The translations under genes were made by a program, and so were the position numbers. A stretch of 64,000 nucleotides of DNA from a virus. A model generated the notes under the pieces. That model saw nothing but the letters and a program-made list of their open reading frames with translations, made no database searches and was not told the origin of the DNA. The DNA lies in IMG/VR virus record IMGVR_UViG_3300043427_001796; one strand, given 5' to 3'. This document shows, piece after piece, positions 46,936 through 55,802 of this stretch. Every line of letters starts with the position of its first letter. The stretch's first letter is position 1.

Positions 46936-47574
46936 GTGGGAAAATCCATATCGGAAGTAATCACTAAGATACAAAAGGGTATGTCGATGACTACCATGTA
47001 TGAAGTGACTTTTGAATTTCCGACGCAAGCATCAGAATTGAAAGGACAATTGCAGGCAGCAGTTGGAGATAGAACTTCTGGTTCTTTAACTGGTGATGGT
47101 TTAATTACTTTGATGTGCAATGAGGCACAATTACCAAATATTTCTTCACTTACTGGACAGACAAATGGAATTGTTATGGGAGAAGGTCAAGTAAATTATG
47201 CTTACGGAAGATTATATTCTGATATTGCTTTAGGTTGGCAATGTGATCATAATATGACACCACTCAGGTTTCTACAGACATGGCATGATTATACATTTAG
47301 TGACTCTAGAGTTGGTGGTGGATCTTTAGTGGAGACTAGATCAACTCCATCTAAAGTTAGATATCCAGAAAAATATCAAGGAACAATTATAATAACTAAA
47401 CTATCTCAAGGAAAGGGAACAAAAGATTTGAAACCAATGAAATACACTTTAATTGATGCATTTCCTTTTAGTATTGATGCCACTCCTTTGTCTTACGGGT
47501 CATCACAGATAGTAAATGTCTCCGCATCTTTTTACTACTCTAGATATTTTGTTGAGAACACTGATATTATTTGA
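46936..47574 (+). CDS. Tail-tube-family protein (gp54/gp19-like)
   Basis: LMCNEAQLP, FLQTW, YTLIDAFPFSI...LSYG...VSASFYY. Confidence 0.75.
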   Translation: MGKSISEVITKIQKGMSMTTMYEVTFEFPTQASELKGQLQAAVGDRTSGSLTGDGLITLMCNEAQLPNISSLTGQTNGIVMGEGQVNYAYGRLYSDIALGWQCDHNMTPLRFLQTWHDYTFSDSRVGGGSLVETRSTPSKVRYPEKYQGTIIITKLSQGKGTKDLKPMKYTLIDAFPFSIDATPLSYGSSQIVNVSASFYYSRYFVENTDII

Positions 47575-47678
47575 AATTTCAAAATTGACTTTTAATTTAT
47601 AAAAAAGTCGAAAAATTTTTTTCGACAATTTTTTGCCCAAAAAGTTGAGATATATAAATATAGGATTTTAATAATATT

Positions 47679-48392
47679 ATGTCATTACCTAGACCATCTA
47701 CGCCAACATACGAGTTGACTTTACCATCAACAGGAAAAGTTATCAAATTTAGACCATTTTTAGTCAAAGAAGAAAAAGTATTACTTCTTGCAGAGCAGTC
47801 TGAGGACGAAAAAGAGATTAAAAATGCTATCAGAGATGTCATCAAAAATTGTATGGTTTCTCGCGTTAAGATAGAAGATTTTACATATTTTGATTTGGAG
47901 TATGTGTTTTTACAATTAAGAGCTAGATCGGCAGAGGAACATCTGGATTTAGTAATTACATGTAAAGATGACAATAAAACGCAAGTAAATCATCGCATAA
48001 ATTTGCTTAATGTTGAAGTTAAGAAGAATTCCAAATCGAGCAATAAAATTATGCTGGAGGAAGATTTTGGTCTAATTTTGAAATATCCAGGAATGGATGA
48101 ATTTGTTAGATTTGCTATGATGGGAAATCAATTGCCAGATGAAGAAGTAATTGAATATGTTGCAACTAAAGTTGATCAAATTTTCCATGGTGAGGAAGTA
48201 TGGGATGCCGCAGATTTGAAAAAGCAAGAAATTATTGATTGGTTAGATAATTTAACTCAAAAGCAGTTTGTTAAAATTGGAGAATTTTTTGAAAATCTTC
48301 CAGTATTGAAGCATGAATTCAAACTCAAAAATCCAACAACTGGAGTAGAAAGTGAGTATGTATTGGAGGGATTACAGAATTTTTTCGCCTAG
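47679..48392 (+). CDS. 26: Baseplate hub assembly protein gp26
   Basis: LPRPSTPTYELTLPSTG...FRPFLVKEEKVLL, DLEYVFLQLRARS, LEGLQNFF; TATAAATA at 47653. Confidence 0.9.
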   Translation: MSLPRPSTPTYELTLPSTGKVIKFRPFLVKEEKVLLLAEQSEDEKEIKNAIRDVIKNCMVSRVKIEDFTYFDLEYVFLQLRARSAEEHLDLVITCKDDNKTQVNHRINLLNVEVKKNSKSSNKIMLEEDFGLILKYPGMDEFVRFAMMGNQLPDEEVIEYVATKVDQIFHGEEVWDAADLKKQEIIDWLDNLTQKQFVKIGEFFENLPVLKHEFKLKNPTTGVESEYVLEGLQNFFA

Positions 48393-48394
48393 TA

Positions 48395-48577
48395 ATGTCC
48401 TATAATAATCTGGAAAATTATTTTAGGACAAACTTCATGTTGATGGAGGAACATAAATACTCTTTGACAGAAATTGAAAATATGATGCCTTTTGAACGGC
48501 AAGTTTATGTCCTTCTTGTGAATGAATATATTAAGAAAAAAGAAGAAGAACTTAAGCAAAGGCAACAAGGTAAATGA
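48395..48577 (+). CDS. 51: Baseplate hub assembly catalyst gp51-like (possibly the -1 frame extension of gp26)
   Basis: NYFRTNFMLMEEHKYSLTEIENMMPFERQVYV. Confidence 0.85.
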   Translation: MSYNNLENYFRTNFMLMEEHKYSLTEIENMMPFERQVYVLLVNEYIKKKEEELKQRQQGK

Positions 48578-51500
48578 TTCCGGAAAAGGCGATAAAAAAG
48601 TTTTCAAAACCTTCTCATAGAGAGATTGCTGTTGGAATTTTAGTATCGTATGGACTATTTCCACAAACTAATGATGGAATAGATCAAGCAAAAAAATTAA
48701 TTGCGGGAGCATCCAAATGGATATCTCCTTCCAATTTGCCTGAGTATTATGATGGAATTGATAGTGATCTCATTACAGGAAGAGAAACTCCAGGTATTCT
48801 GGCAATCAGAGAAACATTAAAGAATTTTTACTTTGGAACCCCAACAACTACAATTGATGAAACTCCAATAGAGGAAATTCCAGTTGAAGTAGAAATTATT
48901 GAAGTTGAAAAATTACCTGATCCTGTTCCTCAACCTGATCCAACGCCAGAACCAGTAAAGATTGAAATTGAGGTTCCTGTTGAGAAGCAGGCAAATGCTC
49001 CGCGAAGAATTAAACTTCCAAGAGCAAAAAATCGTTTTGTTCGCAAAAAAGTAAAACCACTTTCTCAAAGGATGGCAGAATCCTTTGATAAGAATTTACT
49101 AGATCCTCTTATAGAGGAAATCAAAAATCCAAAACCTCTTCCTACATCTAAGACTAAAAAAGGGGGAACAAAAAAGCAAGTATCTAAGAAAATTTTCCCA
49201 GGAAAACAATTTGCCGGAAAATTTTCTTCATCTTCTGGTAGCTTAGGTCCAAGAGTAATTTCCAAAATTGGAGCATCTTTTGGACTCGCTGCTGCGTCCA
49301 GAAAAGCATTCAAAGAGTCTGGTGGCGATCCTCGCTCTCTGAGACGCGGGTATTTCCTCTCCAAGGCACTTGGAGCAGAGTTCGGTGGGGATTTCCGTCG
49401 TAGGACCAGAGGCACCTTCTCAAGGGATCCAGACGCCACTCAGGATCCTGGCATGAGCAAGGAAGAAAGATTTGCTCAGGTGGTCAAACGTGATCTTGTC
49501 AATCGTCCTCAGATGATGAAGCAAGGTGAAATTCTTGATGTTGATTCATACACCAATAAAACTGCTTTACAATCAATCACAGATCTTGCCAAGAAGACAG
49601 CAGACAAGATTCTTGGTCTGGAACCAGGATTTGTTAGAATTGAAAAGAGTCAAAAAGAGACATCTAAGGCATTTGTTAAGATCACTCAGAGTTTGAGCGA
49701 GGTCAAAAATACATTTGTAAAGACAGCAGATAACTTTAAAGAATTTGTTGATAATAAAGAAGAAGTTATTAAGATCAAAACTAAAATACGAGAGGTTTTG
49801 AGGAAAGAGCAAGACGAAAATAAGAGATCTGCCACAGAAGCACAGGGAGAATTATTTCAGGATACTGCTGGCACTACTGATGTAGAAGAAACAGATCAAG
49901 GTCTTAATGAAGAAGAAGAACAACAGCAAGAAGATGGTGGCGGTGGATTTGATTTACCTGATTTCAGAAGACCTAGAATTAGAGGAAGACTTAGATTAGC
50001 AAGAAGAAGATTTAGTAGATTTGGACGTGGATTTGGTAGGAGATTAGGTGGTCTGGGAAGAGGATTGGGTAGAATTGGGAGTGGAATTGGTAGAGGATTA
50101 GGTGCTGCCGGTAAGTTTGTTGGTGGTCGTGTCTTAGGTCCAGTATTGGGAGATATGTTATTTCCTGAAGGTGCTGGAGTATCTGAGCCACAAATGGGAC
50201 CAGATGGTAAATTTAGAACTCCTGATGGCAAATTAGTTCCGGAACCAGGAGCATCTAAACCAAAATCAGTAGCAAGTAGAGTAGGAAATCTTGCTGAGTC
50301 TGGTAAAGGATTAATTGGTAAAGGAAAGGGAGCAATCGGTAAAGTTGCTGGCAAAGTTGGATCTAAACTAGGTGGTGGACTAGCAAAGTCTATTGGTAAG
50401 AAGATTCCTGGTGTTGGTTTAGTTATTGGTGGACTGGCAGCGGCAGATAGATTCAAATCTGGTGATATTCTAGGAGGAATTGGAGAGATTGGGTCTGGAA
50501 TTGCCTCTCTCGTTCCTGGTGTTGGAACAGCAATATCTCTCGGTATTGATGCTCTATTGATGGGTAAAGATGTTGCTGCTGAGGCATCCAAACCAGAAAC
50601 TAAATTGTCAGGTGGTGGTATTGTTGCTGGTGAGGCAGGAAATGAGGCAGTTATACCACTAACATCTTCTATTGGAAAGAAAGTTGTAGGAGGATTGGAA
50701 AATAGTGGTGGTGGATCTATCCTCAGTGCCATTGGTCCTTTATTATCTGCTACTGCCGGAATAGTTAGAAATCCTTTATACGGATCGATACTAGGACCAG
50801 TTGTAAATCCAATTATCCAACCGATGCTGGCACAATATAAAGTTCCAGTTTATTCTGGCGATTTTGGATCATTTAAAATATCTAAACTTCAAGCAGCAAC
50901 TACTCAAGCAAAAGGAAAGACAAAATCTATTGAACAAGCATCAAAAAATCCTCTCACTTCTGGTATGGGGTGGTTGGGAACTATGTTTAGTGGCATTGGC
51001 GGTATGGTTTCTGGAGCATTTGGCGGCATAAAGAATTTCTTTGGTGGATTATTTGGAGGTGGTCGCCAGAAACGTGGTAAAGGAAGTAATGTTAGTGGCA
51101 TTCCTTTAGGGGATGGTGAGACAGCTACTGGTTCAACAATTATGAATGGACTTGTAAAAAGAGGATTTACGAAAGAGGAAGCAGCAGCAATTGTAGGAAA
51201 TTTATGGGCAGAGTCTTCATTTAGAACCGGAGCTGTAAATCCAAAATCAGGAGCATTTGGTTTAATGCAATGGGCATATGGTAGGAAAGATACGCTCATG
51301 AGAAGGGCAGCAGAATCTGGCAAAAGCGCAACTGATTTGGAGTTCCAATTGGACCATATTGCTTGGGAACTTCGTGGTGGGGATAGATATGAAACTTCGC
51401 AATTCAAAAAAGCAATGGCATATGGATCTGATGTTCCCTCAAAAACTAGGGGATTTGCTAATGAAGTTGAAAGAGCAAGTGATAGTGAATTATCGTCTTC

Positions 51501-51942
51501 AATGGCAAAAAGAATTGGAGCAGCTGAATCTGTATATAAAAAAGGATCATCATCTATTTCTGGAAATAACAGAAGATCTTCTCCATCTTCATCTAATAAT
51601 CAAGATAAAAAAACAGAAGAAACACAAAAAATATCTGCTAAATCTACTGGTGCGTCCGCTGCTCCAAAAGTTGCTGCCGCCCCAATGGCAAAATCGGATG
51701 ATTCAAATTTAATGGCATCTGCAGCACAATTGCCGACTAAATCTCTAGCACCATCTGTGATGCAAGATCCTGATCCAGATAATGAAGGTTATGGAAATAA
51801 TCTTGCTATCGTTGCACCATCAGCAGGTAAGGTAAGTCCCCAAATGCCTAGACAAACTGGCGGTGGAGGTTTTGTTGTAATGGATCAAGATCCAGGTTTA
51901 ACGATAGGTGGTATCATTAATGCTAGGTTGTATAATGCCTAA
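48574..51942 (+). CDS. Tape-measure/hub-like protein with phage tail lysozyme domain
   Basis: Coiled coil and Gly-rich helices; AAAIVGNLWAESS...GAFGLMQW...QLDHIAWEL...ERA lysozyme motif. Confidence 0.75.
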   Translation: MIPEKAIKKFSKPSHREIAVGILVSYGLFPQTNDGIDQAKKLIAGASKWISPSNLPEYYDGIDSDLITGRETPGILAIRETLKNFYFGTPTTTIDETPIEEIPVEVEIIEVEKLPDPVPQPDPTPEPVKIEIEVPVEKQANAPRRIKLPRAKNRFVRKKVKPLSQRMAESFDKNLLDPLIEEIKNPKPLPTSKTKKGGTKKQVSKKIFPGKQFAGKFSSSSGSLGPRVISKIGASFGLAAASRKAFKESGGDPRSLRRGYFLSKALGAEFGGDFRRRTRGTFSRDPDATQDPGMSKEERFAQVVKRDLVNRPQMMKQGEILDVDSYTNKTALQSITDLAKKTADKILGLEPGFVRIEKSQKETSKAFVKITQSLSEVKNTFVKTADNFKEFVDNKEEVIKIKTKIREVLRKEQDENKRSATEAQGELFQDTAGTTDVEETDQGLNEEEEQQQEDGGGGFDLPDFRRPRIRGRLRLARRRFSRFGRGFGRRLGGLGRGLGRIGSGIGRGLGAAGKFVGGRVLGPVLGDMLFPEGAGVSEPQMGPDGKFRTPDGKLVPEPGASKPKSVASRVGNLAESGKGLIGKGKGAIGKVAGKVGSKLGGGLAKSIGKKIPGVGLVIGGLAAADRFKSGDILGGIGEIGSGIASLVPGVGTAISLGIDALLMGKDVAAEASKPETKLSGGGIVAGEAGNEAVIPLTSSIGKKVVGGLENSGGGSILSAIGPLLSATAGIVRNPLYGSILGPVVNPIIQPMLAQYKVPVYSGDFGSFKISKLQAATTQAKGKTKSIEQASKNPLTSGMGWLGTMFSGIGGMVSGAFGGIKNFFGGLFGGGRQKRGKGSNVSGIPLGDGETATGSTIMNGLVKRGFTKEEAAAIVGNLWAESSFRTGAVNPKSGAFGLMQWAYGRKDTLMRRAAESGKSATDLEFQLDHIAWELRGGDRYETSQFKKAMAYGSDVPSKTRGFANEVERASDSELSSSMAKRIGAAESVYKKGSSSISGNNRRSSPSSSNNQDKKTEETQKISAKSTGASAAPKVAAAPMAKSDDSNLMASAAQLPTKSLAPSVMQDPDPDNEGYGNNLAIVAPSAGKVSPQMPRQTGGGGFVVMDQDPGLTIGGIINARLYNA

Positions 51943-51968
51943 TAAATAATCTAGGAGGATATTATTAA

Positions 51969-54350
51969 ATGGCTTCTGGAACTAGTTCTGTTGCACCAGT
52001 TGGACAAAATCCAGGTGGTCCAGGTTTATTTAAGTTAATTGGCGAGAAAGTCAAGAAGGCCAAAGAGCAAGCGGTAGAAGCTCGTCAAGAAGCAGATCAA
52101 CGTATCAAAAATCTTGAAGAAATTCCAGATGATGAAAAAACTCAAGATGATATCATTGAGTTAGATTCACTCAAGCAAAAGAGAAGTGAGAACGCATATT
52201 TTTTCAAGAAAGCACTGAAGTTTCAGGCAACTGACAAAATTAGAACAACAATGGGTAAGTTCCAGAGAGATCCGGAACTACAGAATGATCCAGCAGCAAC
52301 GGAAAAAGAAAGATTTTATGCTAAGTCTGGAATGTTTAGACCTGGCGAGATGCCAGATACATCTGATAGAGAAGGCGGTAAAGACGTAGTGAGTTATGTT
52401 GGAAAGGGATTCCAACTTATCATGGATGCGATTGATAAAATTAAATCAAGAGTTAACAAAACAGCATCCAGTAGCGAGCAAACAGCATCTACTGCTTCAT
52501 CAACAGAATCCAAAACTGATGGTGTAAAAAATTCTACAGAAAATTTAAATAAGACAACCGAAACAATATCAAATGTTTCAAAAGAGGAAGTTAATGTTCA
52601 ACAAATGGAGTTGGACTTTGAACAAAAGGCAGAGCAAGAGAGAAATAGAGCAGAGTCTGAAGCAAGATCAGAAGCACAATCCGATACCGCTGGTGTTACG
52701 GATGTTAAAGAAACAGATCAGGGAATAAAACCAAAGGGCAAAGGATTATTTTCTTCCATACTAAACATAGGAGGTCAATTACTTAGTGGTAGAGGTGGTG
52801 GAAGATTGGGTGGTCTTGGGGGCAGAGGTGGAGCATTAGGAAGATTGGGTAGAATGAGAGCAGGAAGGATGATGAATCCTGCCAGAAGAAATAGACAATA
52901 CACTGCTCCAATTGGTCCACAACCAATGAATTCGCCTACACCATGGGCAGCAGAGGGTGGTGGATTTACTCCAAGAATGCCATCCAGTAATATAAACCTG
53001 TCCGATGGTGGAATTATTGCCCCAATTAAAGCACAAAAACAGAAGAAATTAGCAGATGGTGGAATTACTGGTCTAGTTTCTAAATTCTTACCACCACCAT
53101 TGGGTCCAATGCTCAATATGATGATTAACCCAGGTGGAGCAATGGGTGGCATTGGTAATGCAGTTAAAGGTGCTGCCGGTGGAGCATTCCAAATGCTTAC
53201 CAATCCAACAAAACTCATTGGAGATGGATTGAGAGCAGTGTTACCAATGAATCGTAATGTTGGTAAGCAAGTTATGGGAAATAAAAAGGAAACTGAAAAT
53301 ATTTCTCAATTATTTAAATTACCGAATATAATTGGTGGCGGTATTATGTTTTCAAGTATTGCTCAAATTGCTAATGCGGTCCCATTCTTAGGTGCAATTA
53401 TCAATGCTGCCAAACCAATTATAAAACCATTAGTTGAAGCATTCGGTTTACCTGCATCTGTTCTGGGAATTATTTTTGGTGGAGGATCTGCTAGTGCCGC
53501 TACAATGCCGGAACCAGTAGATTTCGGTGCTCAAGATGATGGTGGAGATGGTGGTGGAGGTGATGGTGGCGGTGGAGGAGGAGGATTAGGAGCGGTTGGT
53601 CCATCAATGACATCTAGTGGTGGATCAACTGCTTCGCAATATGTAACATCCGGATTTGGACCAAGAAATACTGGAATCGCTGGTGCGTCCACAAATCATG
53701 GTGGTATTGACATTGCTGGTGGACCATGGCAAGCAGGAACAGCAATTTCTGTTATTAAACCGGGAGTTGTGGAGGAAACTGGTGATCTTGGTAGAAGTGG
53801 ATGGGGAAGATATGTAGTTGTTAAACATGATGATGGAACTTTTAGTTTATATGGTCACTTAAGTCAGATCAATGTGAAAAAAGGAGATAAGATAGAAAAT
53901 AAATCTGGAGAAGCTAAAGTGATAGGAAAAGTTGGAAGTACTGGAGTTTCAAATGGTCCGCATTTGCATTTTGAATTAGGAAAAGGTTGGAATGGAACTA
54001 TCACAGGAAAAGTTGATCCTAGAGGATATGTTGATTCTTATATTAGAGGTGGAGGAGATGTGAAGGTTAAGCAGACTGATGCACCACAAGTAGCAGCAAA
54101 ACCGACTGCTAGTCCAACTGGTGTTGCTGCTGCCTCATCCAATGCTGCTCCAACTCCTGCATCCAAACCTAGATCAGGATCTGGTAGTGGAGGAAAACCT
54201 TCTTCTAATGTTGCTGTTCTTCCCAATAATACATTAGCAGGTAAAGCAGTAAATCAAGTAGTTAATTCGGCAATTGATTCCGTGACACAATTTCCTGTAT
54301 CTCCTGGAGCAGCATTTACCAATCTTTGGCCATCTCCTCTTAAAAATTAA
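51969..54350 (+). CDS. Tape-measure/hub-like protein with M23 peptidase domain
   Basis: TSGFGPR, HGGIDI, YGHL, GSTGVSNGPHLHFE. Confidence 0.8.
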   Translation: MASGTSSVAPVGQNPGGPGLFKLIGEKVKKAKEQAVEARQEADQRIKNLEEIPDDEKTQDDIIELDSLKQKRSENAYFFKKALKFQATDKIRTTMGKFQRDPELQNDPAATEKERFYAKSGMFRPGEMPDTSDREGGKDVVSYVGKGFQLIMDAIDKIKSRVNKTASSSEQTASTASSTESKTDGVKNSTENLNKTTETISNVSKEEVNVQQMELDFEQKAEQERNRAESEARSEAQSDTAGVTDVKETDQGIKPKGKGLFSSILNIGGQLLSGRGGGRLGGLGGRGGALGRLGRMRAGRMMNPARRNRQYTAPIGPQPMNSPTPWAAEGGGFTPRMPSSNINLSDGGIIAPIKAQKQKKLADGGITGLVSKFLPPPLGPMLNMMINPGGAMGGIGNAVKGAAGGAFQMLTNPTKLIGDGLRAVLPMNRNVGKQVMGNKKETENISQLFKLPNIIGGGIMFSSIAQIANAVPFLGAIINAAKPIIKPLVEAFGLPASVLGIIFGGGSASAATMPEPVDFGAQDDGGDGGGGDGGGGGGGLGAVGPSMTSSGGSTASQYVTSGFGPRNTGIAGASTNHGGIDIAGGPWQAGTAISVIKPGVVEETGDLGRSGWGRYVVVKHDDGTFSLYGHLSQINVKKGDKIENKSGEAKVIGKVGSTGVSNGPHLHFELGKGWNGTITGKVDPRGYVDSYIRGGGDVKVKQTDAPQVAAKPTASPTGVAAASSNAAPTPASKPRSGSGSGGKPSSNVAVLPNNTLAGKAVNQVVNSAIDSVTQFPVSPGAAFTNLWPSPLKN

Positions 54351-54364
54351 TATAGTAAATTAAC

Positions 54365-55801
54365 ATGGCAGATAAGAGTAGCGTAAAATCTTTTACCCCA
54401 AATTCTATTAATATCATATCTCTTTCAGGAAAAGTTTATGATATTACATCTTTATGCACCACATTTTCTTATTATGAAGATGTTGATAAACCATTTGTAA
54501 TGGCGAAATTGCAGGTAATTGATAGTGGTTTAAATTTAATTAAGACATTACCTATTCAGGGTGGAGAAGATGTTGAAATTGATTTTGATGCTCCAGGAAG
54601 CACTGGAAAAAATACTGCCAAATTGGATAAAATTTTATACAAATTTAAAGTTTGGAAAGTTTACAATAGGCAATTTGATGCAAAAGTTCAGATATATCAT
54701 CTTGCATTAATTTCAGAGGAAGCATTCTTAAATGAAATCGTGAGGGTGACAAAAAGATTAGAAGGTTCCCCGGATGAAATAGTAGAAAAATTACTAAGCA
54801 AATATCTTAAAACAGAAAAAACACTTTCTAAAGAAAGAGCAGGTAACAAATTAATTTTCTATCCATCGCGTAGAAATATAACATCTATTATTTCATCTAT
54901 TCAATTAAGATCTCGTTCCGAAAAAGCAACTCCAATTAATGTAAAACCAAAGACAAGCACAACAACAGAAACAAAATTTACTTCTGATAATGGCAATAGT
55001 GATGCTTTTATAGCAGGAACTGCAGGATACTTGTTTTTTGAAAATAAGAATGGATTTGTTTTTAAATCTATTGATACATTATGTGCTGTTGGGACCAAAG
55101 GTAATTTTACTGGTAGTGATGTCATTGCTTCGTATTATTCTAGACCTGTAAGTAAAGAAGATGGAGACATTGGTAACTTCTTTGTCATACAAAAATATAG
55201 ATTCATCGATGAAATTGATATTGTAGAGAAATTTAGACGTGGAGTATATTCCACAAAAATGGTATTCTATAATGTCTCTACTGGAGATTATGAAGAGTTT
55301 AATTATAGTTTAAAGGAAACTTTTGATAGTATGGTTAAACTTGGATATCAAGATAGTTTACCAGAATACCAAATAAGACATGGCGATTACCCATCTAGGG
55401 TAATGTCTATGATTGTTGATCATGAGACATGGCATAATAAAGAAAGCGTTGCAGATCCAGTTCAGGGTGGAGATGCAGATTATCCAGATGAGTCTAGATA
55501 TCTGATTGCTCAAGGACTTTCGCGTAGAGATGCACTAGAGTTTCAAAAATTAGAAATTACTATTCCTGGTAATAGTAATCTAGTTGTTGGTGAGAAAATT
55601 AAAGTCTATCTACCAAACATGGCAGAGGCATCGATCAGAAAAACAGACCCATGGGATAAGGAATCAAGTGGAAATTATTTGATAGCAAAATTATCACATA
55701 ATTATGTTATGGCAAACGAGCCCGGTCCTGCCATGACGACAGTTTTAGAACTGATACGTGATACATATGGTATGGAAGAAGAACCAAGTGGTGTAAAGTA
55801 A
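54365..55801 (+). CDS. Baseplate hub protein (gp27/gpD-like)
   Basis: YYEDV, LPIQGGE, GYLFFENKNGFVFKSID, ITIPGNSNLVVGE, SGNYLI. Confidence 0.7.
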   Translation: MADKSSVKSFTPNSINIISLSGKVYDITSLCTTFSYYEDVDKPFVMAKLQVIDSGLNLIKTLPIQGGEDVEIDFDAPGSTGKNTAKLDKILYKFKVWKVYNRQFDAKVQIYHLALISEEAFLNEIVRVTKRLEGSPDEIVEKLLSKYLKTEKTLSKERAGNKLIFYPSRRNITSIISSIQLRSRSEKATPINVKPKTSTTTETKFTSDNGNSDAFIAGTAGYLFFENKNGFVFKSIDTLCAVGTKGNFTGSDVIASYYSRPVSKEDGDIGNFFVIQKYRFIDEIDIVEKFRRGVYSTKMVFYNVSTGDYEEFNYSLKETFDSMVKLGYQDSLPEYQIRHGDYPSRVMSMIVDHETWHNKESVADPVQGGDADYPDESRYLIAQGLSRRDALEFQKLEITIPGNSNLVVGEKIKVYLPNMAEASIRKTDPWDKESSGNYLIAKLSHNYVMANEPGPAMTTVLELIRDTYGMEEEPSGVK

Positions 55802-55802
55802 T

